From a virus: a DNA stretch of 37,480 bases. A model generated the notes under the pieces. It was not told the DNA's origin. It was given only the letters and a program-made list of their open reading frames with translations, and ran no database searches. Positions 1 through 8,402 of the stretch are shown here, piece by piece. The stretch lies in IMG/VR virus record IMGVR_UViG_3300050505_000174, one strand, 5' to 3'. The translations under genes and the position numbers were made by a program. Numbering within the stretch: position 1 is the first letter of the stretch; each line of letters starts with the position of its first letter.

Positions 1-127
1 TCATGTGACGAGTAGTCTTGTGTAATAATCCAACTTGCTGTAATTCTTTCATCCAAAGATTCATGGTCTTTCGAGTACAGCCACCTAAATGAGCAAGGGT
101 TGTCTGAGTAGGATGAACCCAATGATT
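1..127. repeat. Terminal direct repeat, left copy (identical to 37354..37480)
   Basis: All 127 nt at the window start match the last 127 nt base for base when compared by eye. This is the usual signature of a circular or terminally redundant genome linearised by an assembler. Confidence 0.97.
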
Positions 128-262
128 TCTCATACTCCATTCTAATATTTGGAACAAAACTCTACGTTTATATTTAGGTAAATGGGAAATATATAATAGA
201 ATGCGGGAAAAAAAGTCTTTTTTGTCTTGACTTTTGCGATCAAGTGGTATAAATTTATTCAC
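1..262 (-). CDS. 5' (N-terminal) part of the wHTH replication-initiator-like protein gene; continues through the circular junction into 36617..37480
   Basis: The minus-strand frame stays open from 283 down to 1, in phase with ORF 36617..37417 through the 127-nt overlap. GTG at 262..260 is preceded by AAAGG (7-nt spacer). It translates as VNKFIPLDRKSQDKKDFFSRILLYISHLPKYKRRVLFQILEWSMRNHWVHPTQTTLAHLGGCTRKTMNLWMKELQQVGLL, which looks like a winged HTH. An alternative ATG lies at 133..131. Confidence 0.6.
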   Translation of the reverse strand, partial: MNKFIPLDRKSQDKKDFFSRILLYISHLPKYKRRVLFQILEWSMRNHWVHPTQTTLAHLGGCTRKTMNLWMKELQQVGLLHKTTRHM

Positions 263-356
263 ATATAAACCTTTTTTGGTTTGTTAAATCCTCTTTTTTA
301 ATGCTCTTTTTGTGAGTATTTAAATTCTGAGGGTGTCCGTGGAAAGACAAAAGATT

Positions 357-397
357 AAAAAGGGGCTTCTTCACTGAGGTTCCTTTTAATTTTTTTA
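357..397. terminator. Bidirectional hairpin terminator downstream of the leftward early operon
   Basis: Stem aaaagggg.../...ttcctttt (358-369 pairs with 376-387, including G-U pairs). It is followed by a T-run on the plus strand (390-396) and by T-rich sequence on the minus strand. It lies between the end of gene 468..818 and the start of the rep-like gene. Confidence 0.55.
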
Positions 398-467
398 ATT
401 AAAAACTTTATTTACAATTCAATTTGACCTATAAAATTTACTCTTCTGACAGAAAAAATCAAGTAAC

Positions 468-818
468 TTATTTTTTGAATATCTTTAATGCGGTATCAAA
501 CATGGGCTTAAACTCTTTAGTAAGAGCACCATTAGTAACATCTTCTAGTATACGATATAGTTCTATAATGCGTAGGTTACTATCCACATCTACACTATTT
601 AGTTTATCTTGATCAATTCCCTTAATATCATCTTCAAGAATCTTTAAAAAGAAAAGTTGTATTTCTTCGACGAGTTCAGCTGCAAATGAATTCCACTTTC
701 TTGCCAGATCAGGATATTTTTCAAATGAAGCAATCCACTCTTCACGAGAGATATATTGAGTTTCTGTATTATTTTTTTTATTTTTTGATTTACTAGATAA
801 ATTATTAATATTAAACAT
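468..818 (-). CDS. Hypothetical protein (116 aa), last gene of the leftward early operon
   Basis: ORF track. Lys/Asn-rich N-terminus followed by a helical acidic body. No family recognised. Confidence 0.6.
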   Translation of the reverse strand: MFNINNLSSKSKNKKNNTETQYISREEWIASFEKYPDLARKWNSFAAELVEEIQLFFLKILEDDIKGIDQDKLNSVDVDSNLRIIELYRILEDVTNGALTKEFKPMFDTALKIFKK

Positions 819-869
819 AATTAAAAATCCTTATTCTTTTATTAATATCACACTTTCGCTATAGCTTAC

Positions 870-1175
870 TCAGTTATTGTCTTTATCTTTTGACATATCT
901 ACACGCCAAGTTTCATTAATAATACGTGTGATTTCCGACTTAATTCCAACTATAGGTTCTATATTTTTGGCATCTGAAGGGGGGAAATATAAAATCCTTG
1001 CTTTAGGATAATCGGGCGTATACCAAGCAACCAATAATGGATGAGCCATATGTTTTGGCTCGCATTCATTGCAAAATACACCTCGTTCTTCAAAGTTAGC
1101 ATAGGGTACATATCCCTGTTTTTTATCACCTAAGCTCTGTTTACAGTCAACACAATTCTTGTACCAGATATTCAT
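870..1175 (-). CDS. Small zinc-ribbon protein (101 aa)
   Basis: CVDC...CNEC cysteine pairs. Start is coupled (ATGA overlap) to the upstream gene. Confidence 0.65.
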   Translation of the reverse strand: MNIWYKNCVDCKQSLGDKKQGYVPYANFEERGVFCNECEPKHMAHPLLVAWYTPDYPKARILYFPPSDAKNIEPIVGIKSEITRIINETWRVDMSKDKDNN

Positions 1176-1555
1176 TTTCCTATTTTTCTTTTACATACGT
1201 TAATAAAAGTAGATGCAAAAACTTCTAATTTACTCTTATCTTGTTCTTTGCGTATCATTTCTTCTAATAAAACTTGGGATTCTTTTACGGTATGTTTTCT
1301 TTTTTCGGCATTAATTATTTGATGAGTAAAAGAAGCAAAAGAAGACATGATCTTAAATTTAATTTGTTCATCCATGAGATCAAAATCTTTCTTTGAAGCT
1401 ATATCCTGACAAAGTAAAGAATCATTGGTAAAAGCATCTTCTTTTACATAGAATAATTGTGGTTTTTTTTCTTTTCCTTCTTCATCTTCTTCTATTTGCC
1501 ATCTCAGATATTCTTTAGGAGATAATTTATAAATGAATCTCTGTTTAATACTCAT
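1172..1555 (-). CDS. Hypothetical protein (127 aa)
   Basis: ORF track. 4-nt overlaps with both neighbours suggest translational coupling. Confidence 0.65.
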   Translation of the reverse strand: MSIKQRFIYKLSPKEYLRWQIEEDEEGKEKKPQLFYVKEDAFTNDSLLCQDIASKKDFDLMDEQIKFKIMSSFASFTHQIINAEKRKHTVKESQVLLEEMIRKEQDKSKLEVFASTFINVCKRKIGK

Positions 1556-1776
1556 TTTCTATCCTCAGCTCGTGACAAAACCTCACGGACTGTTTCTTTC
1601 TTTCTTATTTCATATTTAGATAAGAATTGATCAAGAGTCATCTGAGGCACATCTTCTCCATTTACCTGTACTACTATCGGAACCAATGTGGTATTCATAT
1701 CCACTATTTGTTTGGTGCATAAAAATAGTAACATAATAAAAAGTAAGTCTTGGTGTAGATCGTCTCTATTGTTCAT
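1552..1776 (-). CDS. Hypothetical protein (up to 74 aa; start uncertain)
   Basis: ORF track. Several internal Met codons could be the true start. Confidence 0.5.
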   Translation of the reverse strand: MNNRDDLHQDLLFIMLLFLCTKQIVDMNTTLVPIVVQVNGEDVPQMTLDQFLSKYEIRKKETVREVLSRAEDRK

Positions 1777-1790
1777 TCATTTCCTTATGA

Positions 1791-2447
1791 TTATGTATTA
1801 ACTAATTTATATCTTTCTAATTCTTCTTTAAGTTTTTTATTTTCCTCTAAAGCATTCTTTGTATTGTAAGCTATGAGTTTCATGCGCTCACTTCTTTTTT
1901 TATGTCCACAGGTTTTACACCATTGTAAATTACCATTGAGAACGCGTTCAATTTTAAAGGTTTCCGTTAAACCACAATCACAAAGAAAGTCACCTAACGC
2001 AGGTCCTCGTGTGTTTAAAGGTATAGATTTAATACTTATGAGTTTAAGTTGATTAAACTTTTGCCCAAATACCCCTAAACAAGAATTGCATCTTTCTCTA
2101 ATGAGATATTTATTAGTTCTTTGCTCAGATTGACACAGAGAACAGATTGCTACCCAAGATTTGTATGAACGCCCTGAGGGTGTACTAAATGTTTGTTCTC
2201 TTTGGAATATAAGGCTGTTAATCACTTCACCTATCTTCACTTGCTCATACGGATTTAAGATAGGAACATTTTGAGGGTCTTCGACTCCACAATCTACACA
2301 GTGACCAGTAGTGTTTAATACTGCTTCTAAAGATCTTAAATGTATATTGGAACATACACATTCAACTTTTAATAAAGGAATTCTTTTTCTTCCAATCATT
2401 GGCGTAACTAATTCAAGAACAGTCCAATTTACATACGATAATGGCAT
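1791..2447 (-). CDS. Protein with three tandem zinc-ribbon modules plus a C-terminal coiled coil (218 aa)
   Basis: The pattern hydrophobic-strand...C-x-C...(H/Q/W)C-x2-CG occurs three times: ECVCSN..HCVDCG, AICSLCQ..RCNSCLG, LCDCGL..WCKTCGH. This is the repeat commonly seen in phage Zn-binding proteins. Confidence 0.7.
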   Translation of the reverse strand: MPLSYVNWTVLELVTPMIGRKRIPLLKVECVCSNIHLRSLEAVLNTTGHCVDCGVEDPQNVPILNPYEQVKIGEVINSLIFQREQTFSTPSGRSYKSWVAICSLCQSEQRTNKYLIRERCNSCLGVFGQKFNQLKLISIKSIPLNTRGPALGDFLCDCGLTETFKIERVLNGNLQWCKTCGHKKRSERMKLIAYNTKNALEENKKLKEELERYKLVNT

Positions 2448-2458
2448 AATCTATTCCT

Positions 2459-2713
2459 TTATTTCCCATATTTTAAAGGACAAAAACAGATTGTATTTAT
2501 ACGAACTCTTTTTCCTCTTTTATTTCTTAATCTTAATGAATTAAGGGGTGACGGCCACAAATTACAAAGCCAATGATCATTGGTTATTCTTATTTCTTGT
2601 GAAAATTTAAAACCTACTTCAACGTTTTCACTCTCTAAGGTTTCCACTTCTGAACCGCGTGGTACCCATATACATTTATTCAGGATATAATCTTTAGCAT
2701 TATCAGGAATCAT
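2459..2713 (-). CDS. Hypothetical protein (84 aa)
   Basis: ORF track; coupled to neighbours. Confidence 0.55.
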   Translation of the reverse strand: MIPDNAKDYILNKCIWVPRGSEVETLESENVEVGFKFSQEIRITNDHWLCNLWPSPLNSLRLRNKRGKRVRINTICFCPLKYGK

Positions 2714-2997
2714 TCTTTCTTATACTCCGGGGGTTGGCTGCTGTGTTTAGGCATAGGTTGATAAGGTAAAGGAAAAGGAAAGTCTTTAGCATATATCCAC
2801 CAGAACCTTGGCGGTCTGCCATTATTTTCTTTTAACCATTTCAAGAAATCTTCCCAAGTAATTTTTTCATCCCATTCTCTCATACCCATGGTATAATATT
2901 CTTTAAAATCACCTTTATAAAATTCATATGGCTCATCCAATTGAATTATAACTGAACCATTTTCAGGTCTTTTATCTAATATGTGATTCCATTCCAT
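2710..2997 (-). CDS. DUF551-like small protein (95 aa)
   Basis: N-terminus MEWNHILDKRPENGSVIIQ and a Trp/Pro-rich C-terminus (FPFPLPYQPMP). This matches the DUF551 pattern M-x-W-I-x-x-x-D-x-L-P ... W-x-x-L-P. Confidence 0.65.
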   Translation of the reverse strand: MEWNHILDKRPENGSVIIQLDEPYEFYKGDFKEYYTMGMREWDEKITWEDFLKWLKENNGRPPRFWWIYAKDFPFPLPYQPMPKHSSQPPEYKKE

Positions 2998-2999
2998 AT

Positions 3000-3251
3000 C
3001 TATTCCTTAAACCAGTTTGGAAATTCCATCCAGTAATCTATCTCTCTATCCATAAGAAAAGATTCACAAAACTTATTGTCATGCCATAATGCAATATCAT
3101 ATTTACATCTCTTAAAGTTTAATCTATGTGCGTGGGGCATAATAAAAGTTTGTTGTTCATTTTTTTCACATTCTTCGCAAAATGTTAAAGACAGAACTAT
3201 ATAAAACATATCTTTTAAAGGCTTAGATTCAGAATATTTAATCCATTGCAT
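3000..3251 (-). CDS. DUF551-like small protein (83 aa)
   Basis: I use the internal Met of track ORF 3000..3320 (MQWIKYSESKPLKDMFYIVLS...YWMEFPNWFKE). This start directly follows the upstream stop at 3254. Confidence 0.6.
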   Translation of the reverse strand: MQWIKYSESKPLKDMFYIVLSLTFCEECEKNEQQTFIMPHAHRLNFKRCKYDIALWHDNKFCESFLMDREIDYWMEFPNWFKE

Positions 3252-3253
3252 AT

Positions 3254-3619
3254 CTATCTCAATTCTGCAGGTAACTCTGCCCAATAACGTATGTGAAATT
3301 TTTCTAAGAATGATTCCCATGGCATACCAAAAGAATCAGTATCAAGATCAATAGAAAGATAGAATTCATAGTACTCAGGATGAGATATAATAGTTTTCTT
3401 AACTATTTTCTTATTTCCTATTATTTCTTCTTCAGTTTTATGTTCTTCTTTTTGTTCCCTTTTATGCACAGACCCCTTATACAAACAATTACTCTTTGAT
3501 TCATAGTTATTACGATTTCCTATAAAAACAAATTTCCTGTCATCATCCGTAGACTGCGTGTGAACTACTTCTTCTAAAGGAAATGGTGTTTCTTTTATGT
3601 TATACCATGTCATATTCAT
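3254..3619 (-). CDS. DUF551-like protein (121 aa)
   Basis: MNMTWYNIKETPFPLEEVV ... RYWAELPAELR, with the same N- and C-terminal pattern as its neighbours. Confidence 0.55.
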   Translation of the reverse strand: MNMTWYNIKETPFPLEEVVHTQSTDDDRKFVFIGNRNNYESKSNCLYKGSVHKREQKEEHKTEEEIIGNKKIVKKTIISHPEYYEFYLSIDLDTDSFGMPWESFLEKFHIRYWAELPAELR

Positions 3620-3622
3620 AGA

Positions 3623-4048
3623 TTATTCCTTAGAATAAAATTTAAGTTCATATACATTGTTTCTTATATCAATCCATTCTTTCCATTGTTCTTGTTTGTA
3701 TTCCATTATTTCGCTAAATGTAGCCAATCTTATTTCACCGCCATAATAGGTGCTATCATGATGACTGCCAGAACTCACATTAGAATGCAGTGCAGAAATA
3801 GTTATAGAAAAGTCATGAGTTATTATTTTATATCCAAAATCTGATATTTTTTCGATTTCCTCAATGTCTCGCCAAGCATACGGAACAGAATTTAAAATAG
3901 AAATATTAATATCCTTAAACCTTGTTTCATTATGACAATCTCCATGGCCATAGAACATTAAACAACCACTAAAAAGATCAAATCTAAGCATTCTTTCATC
4001 AGAACTTAAATAAATATACCTAATTGTATGTCCAATCAATTCTTTCAT
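3623..4048 (-). CDS. Hypothetical protein (141 aa)
   Basis: ORF track. Contains FYGHGDCHNE. No firm family call. Confidence 0.6.
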   Translation of the reverse strand: MKELIGHTIRYIYLSSDERMLRFDLFSGCLMFYGHGDCHNETRFKDINISILNSVPYAWRDIEEIEKISDFGYKIITHDFSITISALHSNVSSGSHHDSTYYGGEIRLATFSEIMEYKQEQWKEWIDIRNNVYELKFYSKE

Positions 4049-4057
4049 GCCTATTCC

Positions 4058-4522
4058 TTAAAATGGCAAATCAAATTCTTCTTCAAAGTTTTGCTGCTGT
4101 GCAGGCTGCTGTCTTTGTGGTTGTGCTTGTGGCCTTGGTGCCTGTTGTGGTCTTTTTACTGGTGCTGTTGCAGGATCATGAAATTCTTCTCTAGCCAATT
4201 TATCGGGAAAGATAATATCTTCAGCCAATAATTCTATTTTCATTCTGTCTTGGCCATCCTTGTCTTTGTATTTAGAGCTACGCAAGCGTCCCGAAACAAA
4301 CAGCTGAGCACCCTTAAGTAGTAAGCCTAAACTCTCAGCTCTTTTGCCCCATGCAATAGCATCTAAATACAAAGGTTCTTCCTTAACTTCTCCCGTATTA
4401 GATTTATATTTATGATTGGAAGCTAATCTAAATCTATAACCAATCAGTTCATTAGCTTTAGAGTTAACAGGAATGGGGGCTTCTATAAGCCTGCCAATAA
4501 GAGTTAAACTATTGAGTGTCAT
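4058..4522 (-). CDS. ssb: Single-stranded DNA-binding protein
   Basis: OB-fold N-terminus (LNSLTLIGRL...PLYLDAIAWGKRAE...KGAQLFVSGRLRSSKY), a Pro/Gln-rich linker, and an acidic C-terminal tip EEEFDLPF as in bacterial and phage SSBs. Confidence 0.93.
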   Translation of the reverse strand: MTLNSLTLIGRLIEAPIPVNSKANELIGYRFRLASNHKYKSNTGEVKEEPLYLDAIAWGKRAESLGLLLKGAQLFVSGRLRSSKYKDKDGQDRMKIELLAEDIIFPDKLAREEFHDPATAPVKRPQQAPRPQAQPQRQQPAQQQNFEEEFDLPF

Positions 4523-4523
4523 A

Positions 4524-4769
4524 TTAAACCTTTCTTATGTTTTCATAATCAGTTACAAACTTATCTATCTTTAACAATGTATCTATTTTGGTCTTACTCT
4601 TTTTGGGGTTTAAAAAAGTACTGAGCGTTAAAGGAACAATATCCAACAGCCTTGCCACTTTTGATACTGTAAAGCCCCGTTCAGCTATGATCTTACTCAA
4701 CCTTTCTCTGAGTGAATCCTGGTTGGTAATAGACATAAATTCCATTACATTTTCAGTTATGTTATTCAT
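4524..4769 (-). CDS. Small HTH transcriptional regulator (81 aa), first gene of the leftward early operon
   Basis: Start taken at MNNITENV, preceded by AAGGA. HTH segment is FTVSKVARLLDIVPLTLSTFL. Paralogous to 8611..8865 and 6644..6889. Confidence 0.75.
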   Translation of the reverse strand: MNNITENVMEFMSITNQDSLRERLSKIIAERGFTVSKVARLLDIVPLTLSTFLNPKKSKTKIDTLLKIDKFVTDYENIRKV

Positions 4770-4794
4770 AAATATCCTTCTTTTAATAATAAAC

Positions 4795-4875
4795 TGTTTA
4801 TAATATAGCAACATTATATTATAATGTAAAGTTATATTATTATGTTGACATATTATGTTGTGTGTTTATAATATA
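4795..4875. promoter_or_regulatory. Divergent early control region with repeated 13-mer TGTTTATAATATA (4795-4807 and 4863-4875) and inverted repeat TTATAATAT/ATATTATAA
   Basis: Repeats read directly from the sequence. They lie between the divergent genes 4524..4769(-) and 4904..5146(+). The second 13-mer overlaps the rightward -10 element. Confidence 0.5.
4845..4872 (+). promoter_or_regulatory. Sigma70-type promoter for the rightward early operon
   Basis: TTGACA (4845-4850), 16-nt spacer, TATAAT (4867-4872), about 30 nt upstream of the 4904 start codon. Confidence 0.65.
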
Positions 4876-4903
4876 AGTATGTTTAATAATTAAATAACGG
4901 AGC

Positions 4904-5146
4904 ATGGATATGGATCATGAAAAACTAAAAAAAGATCATTTAGAACTCAGAATAAAATTCCTAGAACAGGGATTATCTAAGTTGACGCTTCAGAAAAGAT
5001 TAATTGAAGATGCGCTGAAAGATAAAGTAGAGAAACTTGAATTTAGTGTATATAGACACAACAAGTTATTTGAAGCTGGAATAGTAATTGTGCTTACCAA
5101 TACTATAGTCAGCATGTTTTGTTTTTGTAAGATTATATTTAAATAA
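4904..5146 (+). CDS. Coiled-coil protein with C-terminal transmembrane anchor (80 aa)
   Basis: Heptad-like charged N-terminal part, then the hydrophobic tail AGIVIVLTNTIVSMFCFCKIIF. ACGGAG Shine-Dalgarno upstream. Confidence 0.6.
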   Translation: MDMDHEKLKKDHLELRIKFLEQGLSKLTLQKRLIEDALKDKVEKLEFSVYRHNKLFEAGIVIVLTNTIVSMFCFCKIIFK

Positions 5147-5156
5147 TATACGGAGT

Positions 5157-5423
5157 ATGAATATGACTAAATGCTCTAAGTGTAACTCTCAAGAGTCGTG
5201 GAGAAATATATTCTTCAATCATGATTCTCACCCCGACGATGGTTGTTGGGCTGATTGTGAATTATATCTCTGTATTGATTGCTATGATAAAATTTATATA
5301 TTTGCTACCAATGGAGAAAAAACAAAAGATTATAAGCCGTTGCCTATGGGTAAAGATGGTGAATGCCAATGGCCACAAGAGTGTGAATGTGAAGATTGTT
5401 CCAACTATCATCCATTAATGTAA
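5157..5423 (+). CDS. Zinc-ribbon protein of the CxxC[FY][ED]K family (88 aa)
   Basis: CSKCNS ... CIDCYDKIY ... CECEDC. ACGGAG Shine-Dalgarno upstream. Confidence 0.65.
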   Translation: MNMTKCSKCNSQESWRNIFFNHDSHPDDGCWADCELYLCIDCYDKIYIFATNGEKTKDYKPLPMGKDGECQWPQECECEDCSNYHPLM

Positions 5424-5432
5424 GGATAATAA

Positions 5433-5636
5433 GTGAAGACTCTCATTCATAAATTATTTGGTATAGATTCAGATGTCTATTATATAGTATGGGGAATAAG
5501 GGATATTGATGAGGATAATCAAGAGCCTGAGATTAAACCTTGGGTTTGTCAGTGGTGGGAGTGTAGTCAACACTGGGTTTCTTGTTGTGGATATGTTATT
5601 ACAAACGTAAAAAAATATAAGAAGATTAGAGGATAA
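5433..5636 (+). CDS. Hypothetical Trp/Cys-rich protein (67 aa, GTG start)
   Basis: ORF track. AAGGA lies upstream of the GTG. Confidence 0.5.
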   Translation: MKTLIHKLFGIDSDVYYIVWGIRDIDEDNQEPEIKPWVCQWWECSQHWVSCCGYVITNVKKYKKIRG

Positions 5637-5639
5637 GAA

Positions 5640-5903
5640 GTGTTTGAAAATACACAAAGGATATACGAGCATGTTAGAGATGCATGCTTTTTCACCAGTG
5701 AAAGATTAGAATCACTAGCTGAATTTAATAAATTAGATAAAAACTTTAAAGACTTTCTTGTATATCAGATACTTGAAATAGATACTTTTGAAGATCAGAT
5801 TAATAAAAGTATAGATTTGCTACAATACACTAAGAGACAATTGAAGAGTAAGAAATGTCAAAATGCACTGAAAAAGATTAAAGAAGAATATAAGTTGGAG
5901 TAA
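5640..5903 (+). CDS. Hypothetical helical protein (87 aa, GTG start)
   Basis: ORF track; tight spacing with neighbours. Confidence 0.55.
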   Translation: MFENTQRIYEHVRDACFFTSERLESLAEFNKLDKNFKDFLVYQILEIDTFEDQINKSIDLLQYTKRQLKSKKCQNALKKIKEEYKLE

Positions 5904-5908
5904 CTTTA

Positions 5909-6106
5909 ATGCATAAAGAAAATCTAAATCACTTTAAAAAAATGATAAATGAAAAAAATTCTGATTTAGACAAATTACTTTGTAATGAAAATTGTAATGA
6001 ATGCCTAAAGGATCAGGTCAATGCAATAATGGATTATATTATTTCTAAAGATACAGATAGTGTCATTAACGTTAATTTAGATTTTACAAAAGATTCTCTG
6101 GAGTAA
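5909..6106 (+). CDS. Hypothetical protein (65 aa)
   Basis: ORF track. Confidence 0.55.
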   Translation: MHKENLNHFKKMINEKNSDLDKLLCNENCNECLKDQVNAIMDYIISKDTDSVINVNLDFTKDSLE

Positions 6107-6110
6107 TACT

Positions 6111-6323
6111 ATGACCCCTACTATTTGGTTGATAGTTTTTATGGGAAATTATGATATGCCTGATTTCTATATCAATCACGTTCCCTTTTGGAGTGATAAG
6201 TCTAGAACCTACTTTAGTGATCCTTTATCTCCCTATGATAGATGGGAAGAAGAGTGTAGAAAGTTTCATCAACCAGAAGCAGTTCAATATATATTAGCTG
6301 ATAGTGAAGAAGACTATGATTAA
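6111..6323 (+). CDS. Hypothetical acidic protein (70 aa)
   Basis: ORF track. Acidic C-terminus ADSEEDYD. Confidence 0.55.
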   Translation: MTPTIWLIVFMGNYDMPDFYINHVPFWSDKSRTYFSDPLSPYDRWEEECRKFHQPEAVQYILADSEEDYD

Positions 6324-6326
6324 GCT

Positions 6327-6611
6327 TCAATGAGATAAGTTTTGAGTAGCTCCCTCTTTCTTTAGGTCTTCAATAAAATCATTATAATCATTCACTGCAG
6401 TAACACAGAGCTTATAATTATGAATCACAAACTCCATAGCAGGATACATAGAAGCAAAGTTATCCTGAATCTTATTAAGCAAAGCATTCACTTCATTGAC
6501 TTGAGAACCAATCTCTTTGCCCGCATATTTCTGTAGATCTGTTTGTAAATCTCTATATTCTTGCCATTTAGTTACAAAATCATTTTGAAAATTTAAGAAG
6601 TTATCTTTCAT
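6327..6611 (-). CDS. Helical 94-aa protein, a lone minus-strand gene inside the plus-strand early block
   Basis: ORF track. All-helical composition. AAGGGA precedes the ATG. Only 32 nt separate it from the divergent HTH gene 6644..6889. Confidence 0.6.
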   Translation of the reverse strand: MKDNFLNFQNDFVTKWQEYRDLQTDLQKYAGKEIGSQVNEVNALLNKIQDNFASMYPAMEFVIHNYKLCVTAVNDYNDFIEDLKKEGATQNLSH

Positions 6612-6643
6612 TTGTTCCCTTTAAGTTATAGTAAAAGGATATC

Positions 6644-6889
6644 ATGAACATACAAGAAAAAAATAAAATAATAAGAAAAATTAATTACATAATTAAGTTC
6701 CGCAAAATCTCTAAACCTTCTTTCAATAGAAGAGAATTGTGCACAGAAATGACTTTATCCTATAAAACGCTCATAACTATGTTTAGTGATAAACAAAAGA
6801 AGTGGATGAACAGGAGTATTGCTAAAATAAACATGTATATAGATAAGTTCGAAAAACAATATGGCCCAATAAACCTAGATGCTGTATGA
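6644..6889 (+). CDS. Small HTH regulator paralog (81 aa)
   Basis: ELCTEMTLSYKTLITMFS...IAKINMYIDKFE follows the HTH plus C-terminal I-x-K-I-x-x-F/Y-[VI]-D pattern of 4524..4769 and 8611..8865. Confidence 0.6.
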   Translation: MNIQEKNKIIRKINYIIKFRKISKPSFNRRELCTEMTLSYKTLITMFSDKQKKWMNRSIAKINMYIDKFEKQYGPINLDAV

Positions 6890-6924
6890 TCTCATAATTG
6901 TTTATAACCATTACGGAGTATGAT

Positions 6925-7167
6925 ATGGACATAATAAGAAAGATCATAGCACCAACCAAACAGCATCATGAACCATTTCTGACTTTATGGATTGCAGATT
7001 TAGAAGAAGGCAAACAAATATGGATACAAACATCTAAAGATATTGACAAGCCACAATGGGAAAGAGCGGGTATGTTATTTGAAGAGTGTTCTTTAGAAGA
7101 TGAGGCTATCTTTTTAGCAGATGCTAATATTTGGGAAAATATTATACCTTCCAGAATTTATAAGTAG
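6925..7167 (+). CDS. Hypothetical protein (80 aa)
   Basis: Track ORF 6898..7167 begins at TTG. I prefer ATG 6925 (MDIIRKII...), which lies 6 nt after the conserved ACGGAG at 6913-6918. Confidence 0.6.
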   Translation: MDIIRKIIAPTKQHHEPFLTLWIADLEEGKQIWIQTSKDIDKPQWERAGMLFEECSLEDEAIFLADANIWENIIPSRIYK

Positions 7168-7183
7168 ACATTTAGACATGGAG

Positions 7184-7224
7184 GCAGGATCCAGAAATAA
7201 GATAAGGGGACAACTGGATCCTGC
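7184..7224. terminator. 11-bp perfect hairpin between convergent genes
   Basis: GCAGGATCCAG (7184-7194) pairs with CTGGATCCTGC (7214-7224) across a 19-nt loop. There is no clear U-tract on either strand. Confidence 0.5.
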
Positions 7225-7237
7225 TAAGGTATGAAGC

Positions 7238-8314
7238 CTACTCTTTCTCTTTTCCACATCTTTCAAGCGCTATAATCTTAGCACATAACGGCTTCATTTC
7301 TACGATTTCTTTTTTAAGCTTCTGTATTTCATTCAAGAGCAATGAAATCATCTCAGTGTATTTAACCCCTGCTGGATTTCCTTGTTCATCAACATTGACC
7401 AATTCTGGCATTATCGGTAAAACATCTTCCGCCAACAGTCCATAATGAACCACATCATCTTGTATACCCTTATAGTTAAATGAAACAGGCTTAAGGTTGT
7501 ACAATAATTCACTTGATGAGCTTATGTCTTTAATGTTTATTTTCTTTTGTATTGTTGAGCTTTGAGTGCCAAGCTGTCCCGTTTTGGTATTGATATATAC
7601 TGGTACCTCAGATTCACATACATTTCCAGCGACACCATGTATAAATGCCCTTTGTGATGCAGGGCACCCTGCAACAGAACCATCATTACCGATGCGCACA
7701 GTGTGAGAGTCATTTTCTTTTCCTGCATTACACCCAAGAATCACATTAAAGCTCTGGGATGAACTATAATTTGAACCAGCACTGGTACCTATAGTCGTAT
7801 TAAAAAATGCTCCAGAATTTAAATTTGAAGCGGAAAAAGCACCAACGCTGGTATTACCGGTTCCTTCTTTTAATTTTGAGAGAGATTGGAAAGAAAGTCC
7901 GGTGTTAAAGTTTCCTGAAACTAAGTGAGACAATGATGATATTGCTACGTTACCGTTAGCACCGCTCGCCTGGCTGAGTGACTGGTAACCAATGCCCACG
8001 TTTGATTCTGATGGAAGTGATACGCTGCCAGCATCAATACCGATATATAAGCTAGGAGCACCAACACTAAAAGAATGAATAAAAGTCTTACCGTTGACAT
8101 ACACAACCCCTTCAGAACCATCAAGGTTCGTTAAAGGCAATGATATCTTTTGCGTGGTAAGTGATTGCACTACAGGATTCTTTCCTGCCGTAATAAGCAC
8201 CGTGTTTGCTTTGCAGGCTGTTTGTACATTGATACCATCGCCTATAATATTAATAATATCACCAGCAGGTGTTGCTACACCTTGGTTCCCATCAAAAACT
8301 AATTTGTTTGACAT
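7238..8314 (-). CDS. Tail fibre/spike with C-terminal intramolecular chaperone (peptidase S74) domain
   Basis: Central G-x-x-N-x-x-x-G repeats. The C-terminus SSTIQKKINIKDISSSSELLYNLKPVSFNYKG...HYGLLAEDVLPIMPELV...VKYTEMISLLLNEIQKLKKEI matches the endosialidase-chaperone auto-processing domain. Confidence 0.9.
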   Translation of the reverse strand: MSNKLVFDGNQGVATPAGDIINIIGDGINVQTACKANTVLITAGKNPVVQSLTTQKISLPLTNLDGSEGVVYVNGKTFIHSFSVGAPSLYIGIDAGSVSLPSESNVGIGYQSLSQASGANGNVAISSLSHLVSGNFNTGLSFQSLSKLKEGTGNTSVGAFSASNLNSGAFFNTTIGTSAGSNYSSSQSFNVILGCNAGKENDSHTVRIGNDGSVAGCPASQRAFIHGVAGNVCESEVPVYINTKTGQLGTQSSTIQKKINIKDISSSSELLYNLKPVSFNYKGIQDDVVHYGLLAEDVLPIMPELVNVDEQGNPAGVKYTEMISLLLNEIQKLKKEIVEMKPLCAKIIALERCGKEKE

Positions 8315-8402
8315 AGAGTTCCTTAGTTTCAGTTGTCGACAGTTTGTCGGCAGTTAAATTTTAATGGTAGTATAGAATCAATACGAGACATAAATCAAAG
8401 TT

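Noticed and set aside
424-612. Plus-strand ORF 424..612, and likewise 2311..2544, 4028..4231, 4588..4803, 5221..5418, 5469..5672, 8734..8919
   Set aside because: They overlap better-supported genes on the other strand or frame. Their translations are hydrophobic or low-complexity, and no RBS is present.
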